Positions 26,964 to 35,498 of a stretch of 49,890 nucleotides of DNA are shown one piece after another. Source of the DNA: Escherichia phage Henu8. The stretch lies in sequence record NC_049853.1; one strand, written 5' to 3'. The first letter of the stretch is position 1. Each line of letters starts with the position of its first letter. The notes beneath the pieces were generated by a model, which saw only the letters and a list, made by a program, of their open reading frames with translations, searched no databases and was not told where the DNA came from. Both the position numbers and the translations under genes were made by a program.

Positions 26964-29900
26964 ATGGCTGAAAATATGATAACGGGAAGTAAGGGTGGAT
27001 CATCAAAACCTTATGTTCCGAAAGAGATGGAAGATAACCTGATCTCAATCAACAAAATCAAAATCCTTCTTGCCGTTTCCGATGGCGAGTGCGATCCAGA
27101 TTTTACACTTCGCGATCTGTATCTTGATGATGTTCCGGTAATTGCAGACGACGGAACTGTTAACTACCAGGGTGTGAAAGCTGAATTTCGACCTGGAACG
27201 CAGACGCAAGATTACATCCAGGGGTTTACTGACACATCAAGCGAAGTGACGCTGGCGCGTGACATTACGACGACAAATCCTTATGTAATTTCTGTAACCA
27301 ACAAAACATTATCGGCTATCAGAATAAAAATGCTAATGCCAACAGGCATTAAGCAAGAGGATAACGGCGATCTTGTGGGTGTTAAGGTCACTTATGCTGT
27401 TGATATGGCTGTTGACGGAGACTCTTACAAAGAAGTATTGCGAGACACCATCGAAGGTAAAACACGTTCAGGTTACGACAGAAGCCGAAGGATTGACCTT
27501 CCGGCATTTAATGATCGCGTATTGCTTAGGGTTAGAAGGGTTACGGCAGACAGCGCATCATCTCGCGTTACTGATTTGATTAAGCTACAAAGTTACGCTG
27601 AGGTTATTGATGCAAAATTCCGTTATCCTCTGACTGGTCTTGTTTACGTTGAATTTGACAGCGAATTGTTCCCAAACCAGATCCCTAACATTTCAATAAA
27701 GAAGAAATGGAAGCTGATTAATGTACCAAGCAACTATGACCCTGTATCTAGAGAGTATAGAGGTTCATGGGATGGAACGTTCAAGAAAGCGTGGTCGAAT
27801 AATCCGGCGTGGGTGCTTTATGACATTATCACAAACCAGCGATATGGATTAGATCAGCGAGAACTTGGTGTACAGGTTGATAAATGGAGTCTTTACGAGG
27901 CGGCGCAATACTGCGATCAGAAAGTTCCTGACGGGAAAGGCGGTACAGAGCCGCGTTATCTATGCGACGTTGTGATTCAAAGCCAGATTGAGGCTTATCA
28001 GCTTATTCGTGATATTTGCTCAATCTTCAGAGGCATGAGCTTTTGGAATGGAGAGAGCTTGTCAATCGTCATTGATAAGCCGCGCGATCCGTCGTACATC
28101 TTCACAAATGACAATGTTGTTGATGGTGATTTTCAGTACACAACAGCAAGTGAAAAGAGCATGTACACGCAGTGCAACGTGACGTTCGATGACGAACAAA
28201 ACATGTATCAGCAGGACGTAGAGGGCGTATTCGACACAGAGGCCGCATTGCGATTTGGATACAATCCTACAAGCATAACCGCGATCGGATGCACACGCAG
28301 GAGTGAGGCTAATCGGCGCGGTCGATGGATACTAAAAACCAACTTGCGCAGCACTACGGTAAACTTTGCTACTGGACTGGAAGGCATGATCCCATCAATA
28401 GGTGATGTGATTGCTATTGCTGACAATTTTCACAGCAGCAACCTTAAATTAAACCTATCAGGGCGCGTGATGGAAGTTTCCGGCTTGCAGGTGTTCGTTC
28501 CATTTAAGATTGACGCGCGACCAGGTGATTTCATTATCATCAACAAGCCGGACGGAAAGCCAGTTAAGCGCACAATCTCAAAAGTAAGCGGCGACGGAAA
28601 AACCATTGAACTAAACATTGGGTTTGGGTTTGAAGTTAAACCGGATACAGTTTTTGCAATCGACCGCACTGATATTGCATTGCAGCAATACGTTGTAACG
28701 AGTATCGGCAAAGGTGATGATGATGATGAATTTACATACTCCATCACGGCTGTTGAATATGACCAGAACAAATACGACGAGATTGATTACGGAGTAAACA
28801 TTGACGACAGGCCAACTTCAGTTGTCCAGCCTGACACAATGGCAGCACCGGAAAACGTGCAAATATCCTCATACTCGCGAATTGTCCAGGGTGCAAGCGT
28901 TGAAACAATGGTTGTGTCGTGGGATAAAGTACCTTACGCATCGCTGTATGAAATGCAATGGCGAAAAGGTGATGGCAACTGGCTGAATACACCACAGACC
29001 GCAAACAAAGAAATTGAGGTTGAAGGTATTTATTCAGGAAACTACCAGGTAAGGGTTAGATCTGTTTCCGCTTCAGGTTCTACTTCTCCGTGGTCCAGAA
29101 TTGTGACAGCATCACTGACTGGTAAGGTAGGAGAGCCAGGCGCGCCAGTTAACTTAACAGCATCCGACAATGAAGTGTTTGGCATTCGTGTTAAGTGGGG
29201 GATGCCAGAGGGGAGCGGGGACACGGCATACATTGAGCTTCATCAGTCGCCGGATGGAACGGCTGAAAACTCAAGCCTGCTAACGCTGATCCCGTATCCA
29301 CAATATGAATACTGGCACGGTACGCTTCCGGCTGGTCATGTTGTCTGGTATAGAATCCGCAGCGTTGACAGAATAGGCAACGTTTCCGGCTGGACTGATT
29401 TTGTTAGAGGCATGGCTTCAGATGATGTTGAGGCTGTTTTAGGAGATATTCTTGATAAGATTTTTGATACTGAAGCAGGTCAGGATCTTAAAGAGAACGC
29501 CATTGACAGTGCAAACAAGATAAAGGACCAGGCTCAAGCAATCATCCAGAATGCTCTTGCTAATGATGCTGATATTAAGTGGACGCGAGTACAAAATGGA
29601 AAGAGAAAGGCTGAATATGGTCACGCTCTTGAACTTATAGCCACAGAGACTGAGGCACGAGTTACGCAGATTGAAGAGTTGAGGGCGTCAATCGACGAGG
29701 ATATTGTTTCAAGCATAAAGACAGTGCAGGAGGCTATAGCCACAGAATCTGAAACGCGATCAACTCAAATAAATGCTTTGGATTCAAAATTCACAACTGA
29801 AATTGACGGTGTAAAACGCGATACAGCCGCAAGCATTAATCAGGTGAATCAAACCATTGCCAATGAGTCAGAATCGCGCGCGCAGGCCGTTAACGCGCTT

Positions 29901-30542
29901 GATGCGAAGTTCACAAAGGAGATCGAAGATTTAAACGGAGTCATTAAGACTGAGGTTGAGGCTAACATCTCTGAAGTGAAACAGGCTATCGCTAACGAGA
30001 CAGAAGCAAGGGTGCAGGCTGACCAGGCGTTAACAGCTAAATTTGGAGACGTTGAATCTGCATTATCTCAAAAACTTGATTCGTGGGCTGGCGTGTCGTC
30101 TGTTGGTGCTAAATACTCAATGAAATTGGGGTTAACATACAACGGTCAACAGTACAGCGCGGGGATGGTGATGCAGCTTTCGCAGAGTTCATCCGGCCTT
30201 ATTTCGCAAATTTTGTTTGATGCGAACAGGTTCGCCATCATGACAAGTTCGACTGGCGGGGTGTATACGCTGCCTTTCGTGGTGGAAAATAACCAGGTAT
30301 TCATTAACAGCCTGTTAGTTAAAAACGGTTCAATTACAAATGCTATGATCGGTAATTATATTCAGTCGAATAACTTTGTTGCCAATCAGCAGGGTTGGAG
30401 GCTGGATAAAAACGGCAGATTTGAGAACTACGGTTCTACATCTGGAGAAGGGGCCATGAAGTTGACAAACGAAACGATAAGTGTACGAGACGCAAACGGG
30501 CGCTTGCGTGTTCAGATTGGTAGGCTTACTGGTACTTGGTAA
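26964..30542 (+). CDS. tail tip / host specificity protein (lambda J-like)
   Basis: 1192 aa, last and largest tail gene; fibronectin-III-like middle region; C-terminal ~35-aa coiled-coil repeats (...TE.R.TQI..L...I... IA.ESE.R...). Confidence 0.8.
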   Translation: MAENMITGSKGGSSKPYVPKEMEDNLISINKIKILLAVSDGECDPDFTLRDLYLDDVPVIADDGTVNYQGVKAEFRPGTQTQDYIQGFTDTSSEVTLARDITTTNPYVISVTNKTLSAIRIKMLMPTGIKQEDNGDLVGVKVTYAVDMAVDGDSYKEVLRDTIEGKTRSGYDRSRRIDLPAFNDRVLLRVRRVTADSASSRVTDLIKLQSYAEVIDAKFRYPLTGLVYVEFDSELFPNQIPNISIKKKWKLINVPSNYDPVSREYRGSWDGTFKKAWSNNPAWVLYDIITNQRYGLDQRELGVQVDKWSLYEAAQYCDQKVPDGKGGTEPRYLCDVVIQSQIEAYQLIRDICSIFRGMSFWNGESLSIVIDKPRDPSYIFTNDNVVDGDFQYTTASEKSMYTQCNVTFDDEQNMYQQDVEGVFDTEAALRFGYNPTSITAIGCTRRSEANRRGRWILKTNLRSTTVNFATGLEGMIPSIGDVIAIADNFHSSNLKLNLSGRVMEVSGLQVFVPFKIDARPGDFIIINKPDGKPVKRTISKVSGDGKTIELNIGFGFEVKPDTVFAIDRTDIALQQYVVTSIGKGDDDDEFTYSITAVEYDQNKYDEIDYGVNIDDRPTSVVQPDTMAAPENVQISSYSRIVQGASVETMVVSWDKVPYASLYEMQWRKGDGNWLNTPQTANKEIEVEGIYSGNYQVRVRSVSASGSTSPWSRIVTASLTGKVGEPGAPVNLTASDNEVFGIRVKWGMPEGSGDTAYIELHQSPDGTAENSSLLTLIPYPQYEYWHGTLPAGHVVWYRIRSVDRIGNVSGWTDFVRGMASDDVEAVLGDILDKIFDTEAGQDLKENAIDSANKIKDQAQAIIQNALANDADIKWTRVQNGKRKAEYGHALELIATETEARVTQIEELRASIDEDIVSSIKTVQEAIATESETRSTQINALDSKFTTEIDGVKRDTAASINQVNQTIANESESRAQAVNALDAKFTKEIEDLNGVIKTEVEANISEVKQAIANETEARVQADQALTAKFGDVESALSQKLDSWAGVSSVGAKYSMKLGLTYNGQQYSAGMVMQLSQSSSGLISQILFDANRFAIMTSSTGGVYTLPFVVENNQVFINSLLVKNGSITNAMIGNYIQSNNFVANQQGWRLDKNGRFENYGSTSGEGAMKLTNETISVRDANGRLRVQIGRLTGTW

Positions 30543-30585
30543 AATCAAAGCGGGGCATTTGCCCCGCATTTATGGAGGTTTAATA

Positions 30586-30891
30586 ATGGCTGAATATGGT
30601 GTTTCAACGTGGGATGCTAACGGGAAGTATAACAACTACGGAATCAAGCCAGTTTCCGTTGTTGGTGTCATTAGCCTTGCCGCTGGTCAGACAAGCGGAT
30701 CGTGGAGCTTTAGCATTCCAAGTGGTTTTAAGGTTGGGTATGTTGTTTCACTTGATGAAGGTGCCAGGGGAGTTGGAAGGGAAATAGTAGCATCTGGAAA
30801 TACAATAAGAATTAATCCTACATCGTCAATTGGTGCAAATAGGTATTCTTCTTCAAAGTGCGAGTTAGTTGTTTTTCTTGAGAGGGTTTAA
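30586..30891 (+). CDS. hypothetical tail-associated protein, MAEYG paralogue 1 (101 aa)
   Basis: Trimmed to ATG 30586 (GGAGG SD); N-terminus MAEYGVSTWDANGK. Confidence 0.5.
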   Translation: MAEYGVSTWDANGKYNNYGIKPVSVVGVISLAAGQTSGSWSFSIPSGFKVGYVVSLDEGARGVGREIVASGNTIRINPTSSIGANRYSSSKCELVVFLERV

Positions 30892-30892
30892 A

Positions 30893-31534
30893 ATGGCTGA
30901 GTATGGAGCAATGTTATCTTTATCAAATGGGAATCCATTTGTCACACCAAAATCAACGCCATTTTGCTTATATGGCAAGTACACTTATTCATCTTCAGGT
31001 ACTTCTGCCTATCATAGTGCAAGCGCAAATATACCAGTAAACCAATCTTATCCATGCATGGCATTTATAAAAACAACAAACACACAGCAGCCAACTGCAT
31101 TAATAGCTTACAGGAATGGTGGCAACATTTATGTAAACGGAGGCAATCCATACGGGCAATCATTTACAATGACTGTTTATATATTTGCCATATTCCCTCA
31201 AACTCTACCCAAATATGGTATGGCTATATGGGATGCAAGCGGAAAGTTGGTTTTAACTAATGAAAGCAGGGTGCTAACAGATCTTGTTACAATTGGTACT
31301 CCTGGTTCTTCAGGTGGAACGAATATAGATCAAACGTTATCTGGTTCTTATGCCGTTTGCCCTTCAAGGCTTGGTGCGGTTATAGGTATGGGCGCTTCTG
31401 ACATATATACATCATGCAGGTATAATGGTTCAAGCACAAGGATCGGTGCAGCAAGGACAACGCCAGGAACAGGTTCTATAACAAATAACGGAAATTCAAT
31501 AATTGCAATAAAGACTGATATTTACGACCAATGA
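30893..31534 (+). CDS. hypothetical tail-associated protein, MAEYG paralogue 2 (213 aa)
   Basis: Trimmed to ATG 30893; N-terminus MAEYGAML and internal KYGMAIWDASGK repeat matching paralogue 1; Ser/Gly/Thr/Asn-rich. Confidence 0.5.
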   Translation: MAEYGAMLSLSNGNPFVTPKSTPFCLYGKYTYSSSGTSAYHSASANIPVNQSYPCMAFIKTTNTQQPTALIAYRNGGNIYVNGGNPYGQSFTMTVYIFAIFPQTLPKYGMAIWDASGKLVLTNESRVLTDLVTIGTPGSSGGTNIDQTLSGSYAVCPSRLGAVIGMGASDIYTSCRYNGSSTRIGAARTTPGTGSITNNGNSIIAIKTDIYDQ

Positions 31535-31566
31535 AAAAAGGGGCTTTCGCCCCTTTGTTTTTATTT
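31534..31566. terminator. bidirectional rho-independent terminator between convergent genes
   Basis: A-run, GGGGC-TTTC-GCCCC hairpin, T-run. Confidence 0.65.
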
Positions 31567-31792
31567 ACAGACTGCAATCAGCGTTTTTAAAGTTATCAAT
31601 ACTTACCCACTGAAAATTAAACGGATAGCCAGCCTTAACAAGAGTGCGTTCGCCAACTCGCTTTACTCCAAAAATAGCAACTGAATACTGCATACCGCTA
31701 TTTTCATAAATAGCCGTGCATTCACGCTTAGGCATATTTGCACATCCAGTCAGGGCAATGGCTGCAATCAAAACGGCGATTAACTTTTTCAT
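31565..31792 (-). CDS. cor: Cor-like superinfection-exclusion lipoprotein
   Basis: 75 aa; MKKLIAVLIAAIALTGC signal peptide plus lipobox; GAAGGAG SD; convergent with tail genes and driven by its own promoter. Confidence 0.55.
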   Translation of the reverse strand: MKKLIAVLIAAIALTGCANMPKRECTAIYENSGMQYSVAIFGVKRVGERTLVKAGYPFNFQWVSIDNFKNADCSL

Positions 31793-31823
31793 CTTGGTAT
31801 CTCCTTCGTTGTTGTTGGTTGCA

Positions 31824-31867
31824 ACTATACACGATCTTGCGATTGGCGTTTAGCAAAAAGTGCTATT
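31824..31867 (-). promoter_or_regulatory. conserved phage promoter motif (variant) + -10 (TATAGT) for the cor-like gene
   Basis: Minus-strand AATAGCACTTTTTGCTAAAC, 18-nt spacer, TATAGT. Confidence 0.5.
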
Positions 31868-31920
31868 CTTGTTCTTTTTGTTATCCTGTGTTCTCAAATC
31901 TGCGGAGTCTTAAATTTAGC

Positions 31921-32150
31921 TCAAAAAGTGAACAACAATAGAGCGCAATGCATACAGATAAATATATATACATACATATAAATCAATAAGTTAGTAGTAT
32001 ATATATTCATGTTTGTTCTTTATTGTTATCTATGTTTTGTGTGATTTTGTGTGTCTGGTGATTTTTCTGTGATTATGCATGTGTCAGTGGTTATGTGTGT
32101 CTATATATCTATATCCGGCGCAAATGGAGGAACAAGAGAACAAAAATACA
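31921..32150. repeat. TA/TG-rich element, copy B (homologous to 2248-2470)
   Basis: Same shared blocks as copy A (AAATCAATAAGTTAG, ATATATATAC, GGTGATTTTT, GTGAT units); in a ~500-bp region without an ORF. Confidence 0.55.
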
Positions 32151-32237
32151 ACAAAGGTATTTATCAATCACTTACATGTGAATTTTGTTATCCAATTCTC
32201 CTAGAACGTTGTTAGAACAGAAAAAACAAAATAACCA

Positions 32238-32265
32238 TTGACTAAACGCATTAAATAGCTAAAAT
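32238..32265 (+). promoter_or_regulatory. sigma70-like promoter (TTGACT-16-TAAAAT)
   Basis: TTGACT 32238-32243, TAAAAT 32260-32265, upstream of the exonuclease gene. Confidence 0.5.
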
Positions 32266-32294
32266 GCAGGCATACCAACCAACGAGGGAAAATC

Positions 32295-33356
32295 ATGAAT
32301 AAGTTTATGGCGTACACCAGCGAAGAAATGAGTAACGAGCTTTATCACGATCCAGAAGCGTGGACGGCTGATTATGTTAGCGGTTCAAGCCTGGCAGAGA
32401 TTTACAGCACATGCCCGGCAGCGTGGAAGTTCAAGCCGCGTGATGACAAGAGCAAGGCGCTAGTTTTCGGTACGCAGTCGCATACCAACTTTGAAAGCAA
32501 GGAGCTTTTCGAAAAAACCTATCGCCGTGCGCCAGCGCCAGAAGACTTTAAGGATCTGATAACCAGCCAAACGGCGCTTGCTGCAAAGCTAAAGTCATTT
32601 GGCCTGAAAGGTACAACAGGAAAGACTTACCCTGAACTTATAAAAATGATGGTTGACTGCGGAGAAGACCTTAACGTCATGTGGTTAATCGACATGATCG
32701 CAGAAAGTCAGGCCAGGGCCGATGGGGTTCAGTTAATCGAAGCTAAAGATTACGATTCGTGCGTGGCAATGCGCCAGGTTCTGGAATCAATACCGGAACA
32801 TAACGCATGTATGAATAGCAAGACGGCACAACGTGAATTATCGTTGTTCGGTGAAATTAACGGCGTAAAAGTCAAAGTGCGATGCGATCACGTTGACGTA
32901 ACAAAGAACGTCACCGCAACGCTGATTGATGGTTACGATGAAAAAGGTCAGCCGATTTGCCGCGATATTATTTATCCAGAAGCTATTGTGATCACTGACT
33001 ACAAAACAACAATGAGCGCTAATCCTGTTGAGTTTATGCGCCTGGCTTACAATCACGGCTATTATTTGAAAATGGCGTTGCAATGTGATTTATTCAGAAA
33101 GGCGTATCCAGAAGAAAATCGACCTATAGTTGTGCGACTGTTAGCGCAAGAGAAGAAAGAGCCTTATTTGCCGTTGGCTTTCCGCATGAACAGTGAGCAA
33201 TTGAAGATAGGGCGCATTCAGTACATGAGCGTAATTAACCAGTTTGCCATGTGCCAGCAACATGACGTTTGGCCTTCGTATTCAAACGGCGAGCCGGAGG
33301 TTTGCCTTGATACTCCTGATTGGGTGCGACGCCAGTTTAAGCAATATCTTATTTAA
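32295..33356 (+). CDS. recombination exonuclease (PD-(D/E)XK family)
   Basis: 353 aa; ...VITDYKT... (D-x-K core) after acidic residues; first gene of an exonuclease, Erf, SSB series. Confidence 0.6.
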   Translation: MNKFMAYTSEEMSNELYHDPEAWTADYVSGSSLAEIYSTCPAAWKFKPRDDKSKALVFGTQSHTNFESKELFEKTYRRAPAPEDFKDLITSQTALAAKLKSFGLKGTTGKTYPELIKMMVDCGEDLNVMWLIDMIAESQARADGVQLIEAKDYDSCVAMRQVLESIPEHNACMNSKTAQRELSLFGEINGVKVKVRCDHVDVTKNVTATLIDGYDEKGQPICRDIIYPEAIVITDYKTTMSANPVEFMRLAYNHGYYLKMALQCDLFRKAYPEENRPIVVRLLAQEKKEPYLPLAFRMNSEQLKIGRIQYMSVINQFAMCQQHDVWPSYSNGEPEVCLDTPDWVRRQFKQYLI

Positions 33357-33437
33357 ACAGCACAAATAGCTAAACAAATGAAAAATGCGGTGTTATAATT
33401 CACCGCATAAGTTAACAACAAGCGTAAGGAAATAAAC

Positions 33438-33716
33438 ATGGAAAACAAACAAGTGTCAGAGGTAGCAGTTCATATCAATAATTTTGCAACTGGGATGGCT
33501 ATGTTGCTTCGTGACTTTGTGGCGCCGCTTGATCCAACGGCAGGCGCAGAAGAAATGGAGTACATCAGAAAAGTAATGGATGCAGTCGATAACGTCGTAC
33601 TTGTTGCAACAATGAGCGAAGACAACGAGGAAGCAATCAAGGCGGTAAAAGAAAGTTCTGATCGCATGATGGAAAATATGATTAAATTACATACCAAAGA
33701 AGAAACAAAACATTAA
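33438..33716 (+). CDS. hypothetical acidic protein (92 aa)
   Basis: ORF track; AAGGAAA SD; TATAAT at 33394-33399 upstream. Confidence 0.5.
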   Translation: MENKQVSEVAVHINNFATGMAMLLRDFVAPLDPTAGAEEMEYIRKVMDAVDNVVLVATMSEDNEEAIKAVKESSDRMMENMIKLHTKEETKH

Positions 33717-33761
33717 CAGCAATAAGGCGGCGAAAGCCGCCATTAATTACGGGAATTAATC

Positions 33762-34418
33762 ATGAAACTATCAGAGCAATTCGACAAGGTTTTACCAGCA
33801 CTGCATAAGGCGCGTAGTTTGTTTGTAAAGGTGAAGAAGGATAAGCAAAACACGCACCTCAAAAACCGTTACGCAACGCTTGATTCCGTACTTGATGCAA
33901 TCACTCCAGCATTGAATGATAACGAGCTAATGTTGATGCAGGACATGATTGAAAGCGAACAACCAAACAGAATCAAGGTTGAGACAACAGTTCTTCATGT
34001 TTCCGGTCAGTGGGTGAAATTTTACGCAGAGCTACCAATCGTTAAAAACGATCCTCAAGGTGTCGGATCTGCATTCACATACGCACGTCGTTATGCAGCA
34101 GCAGCTGCATTTGGCTTAAGCCAGGCAGACGATGATGCGCAGATTGCCGTTAAATCTGCAAACGACTGGAAGCGTGACATTGAGAAATGCGAAAGCGTAA
34201 ACGAATTACAAGAAGTGCTCAAATCAGCATGGAAGGCAAGCGATCCGGCAAGCAAGCAGGTAATTAAAGAGCATTACGAAAAACGCAAAGCAGAGCTTGA
34301 GATCGGAAAAGCACGAGGATTTAATCCAGCGCAACCAAAACAAAATCTTGCCGCTCAAGACGTTGACACAAAAAACGACGAGCAAGTAAAATCACAAAGT
34401 ATCACTGATTTTGAATAA
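33762..34418 (+). CDS. erf: ssDNA-annealing protein (Erf-like)
   Basis: 218 aa; sits between exonuclease and SSB; N-terminal region resembles Erf-type annealing proteins as recalled from memory. Confidence 0.55.
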   Translation: MKLSEQFDKVLPALHKARSLFVKVKKDKQNTHLKNRYATLDSVLDAITPALNDNELMLMQDMIESEQPNRIKVETTVLHVSGQWVKFYAELPIVKNDPQGVGSAFTYARRYAAAAAFGLSQADDDAQIAVKSANDWKRDIEKCESVNELQEVLKSAWKASDPASKQVIKEHYEKRKAELEIGKARGFNPAQPKQNLAAQDVDTKNDEQVKSQSITDFE

Positions 34419-34425
34419 TTGACAT

Positions 34426-34447
34426 GGGGCGCTTGCGCCCCTTTCTT
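34426..34447 (+). terminator. terminator-like hairpin
   Basis: GGGGCGC-TT-GCGCCCC followed by TTTCTT. Confidence 0.45.
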
Positions 34448-34462
34448 ACAGGAGTATAAAAC

Positions 34463-34915
34463 ATGCATATTATTACTGGTGAGATCCGAAAAGAGCCGCG
34501 AGTAAAGCAAATGCCTAACGGCAGCACACTTTATGTGGTTGAACTTTCAGAGCGATACAAAGATAAAGATGGAAACTGGCAATATACAAACTACAGTTTC
34601 TTTTTTAATGCCAAAACAGAAGGTCTTAATGGTTGGTATGCTGAGGCGTTCCAGGTTGGCAAGGTTATTTCTGTATCTTGCGACACGCTGCGCATTGAGA
34701 CGCGTGAATATAACGGAAAGATGTATTCAAGTTTAATGCCAGGAGGATTTGCAAATCTTATCTTCAGTCAGCGCGGGGAAAGCCAGCAACAATATCAGCA
34801 GCGAACGCAAGGAGGATGGGGCCAACCACAACAACAGAATCAACCGCAACAACCGCAACAGCCAAGACAAAGCAATCAGCCTCCTATGGACTTTGACGAC
34901 GACATTCCTTTCTGA
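34463..34915 (+). CDS. ssb: single-stranded DNA-binding protein
   Basis: 150 aa; Gln/Pro/Gly-rich linker and acidic C-terminal tail DFDDDIPF typical of bacterial and phage SSB. Confidence 0.85.
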   Translation: MHIITGEIRKEPRVKQMPNGSTLYVVELSERYKDKDGNWQYTNYSFFFNAKTEGLNGWYAEAFQVGKVISVSCDTLRIETREYNGKMYSSLMPGGFANLIFSQRGESQQQYQQRTQGGWGQPQQQNQPQQPQQPRQSNQPPMDFDDDIPF

Positions 34916-34945
34916 TCAACAAAGGGGCATTACGCCCCTTTTTCA
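34915..34945. terminator. bidirectional terminator between convergent ssb and minus-strand cassette
   Basis: A-rich, AGGGGC-ATTAC-GCCCCT hairpin, T5. Confidence 0.6.
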
Positions 34946-35187
34946 CTTTCAGCCATCCCAAGCACGGCAATAACCTTAACAGCAATTCGCTTTGCAAGTT
35001 CAGTTTGATGAGCGTTAAGTTTCCCAGTGGTCATTATTGACAACATTCCGCTCATACTTCCAAGCCCGTTAAAATCTGACATTGCCGATTTCATGATTGA
35101 TATTGGTGAGTGACCTTCATCAGCTATTGTGTGCGCTCTCTCTGACAGGTCTTTAACTACCTGATCAATTCCTTCACTTTTCGTCAT
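34930..35187 (-). CDS. hypothetical protein (85 aa), second gene of cassette
   Basis: ORF track; AAGGA SD; hydrophobic/Gly-Met-rich middle (GLGSMSGMLSIMTTG). Confidence 0.5.
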   Translation of the reverse strand: MTKSEGIDQVVKDLSERAHTIADEGHSPISIMKSAMSDFNGLGSMSGMLSIMTTGKLNAHQTELAKRIAVKVIAVLGMAESEKGA

Positions 35188-35223
35188 TTGCTTTTCCTTC
35201 AGGAGTTGATTGCTGTTATGGCA

Positions 35224-35313
35224 TTACAGGCCACCAACAGCACCGCCAAGACCAGCCGCGCCAGCTTCGCCACCAAAACCACCACCAGTAGGGAGTAAAG
35301 TCATATCTGACAT
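35224..35313 (-). CDS. Gly/Ala-rich small peptide (29 aa)
   Basis: Manual: minus ATG at 35313 with AGAGGAA SD 7 nt upstream; MSDMTLLPTGGGFGGEAGAAGLGGAVGGL; below ORF-track cutoff. Confidence 0.45.
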   Translation of the reverse strand: MSDMTLLPTGGGFGGEAGAAGLGGAVGGL

Positions 35314-35452
35314 AGTAAATTCCTCTTTGACGTTAAAAAAAATTAAAATTAAAAAAAGTTTGCAACATTTATGTTACGACAAAGAGTATGCGCCTAACTG
35401 TCAGGAATAGATATAAAACATTTGTAAGCGATATGTCAGCAAATGGCATAAA

Positions 35453-35484
35453 GACGAAAAAAGGCGCAGCCTAAACCGCGCCTT
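35453..35484 (-). terminator. rho-independent terminator after tail fibre gene
   Basis: Minus strand: AAGGCGC-N10-GCGCCTT hairpin followed by T-run. Confidence 0.65.
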
Positions 35485-35498
35485 GTGGTTATTTTTTG

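Noticed and set aside
35210-35410. Plus-strand ORF 35210..35410 (Pro-rich)
   Set aside because: Antisense to the Gly-rich peptide ORF, which has a well-placed SD; the plus-strand ORF has a TTG start, no SD, and its Pro-rich translation is the mirror of GGN codons.
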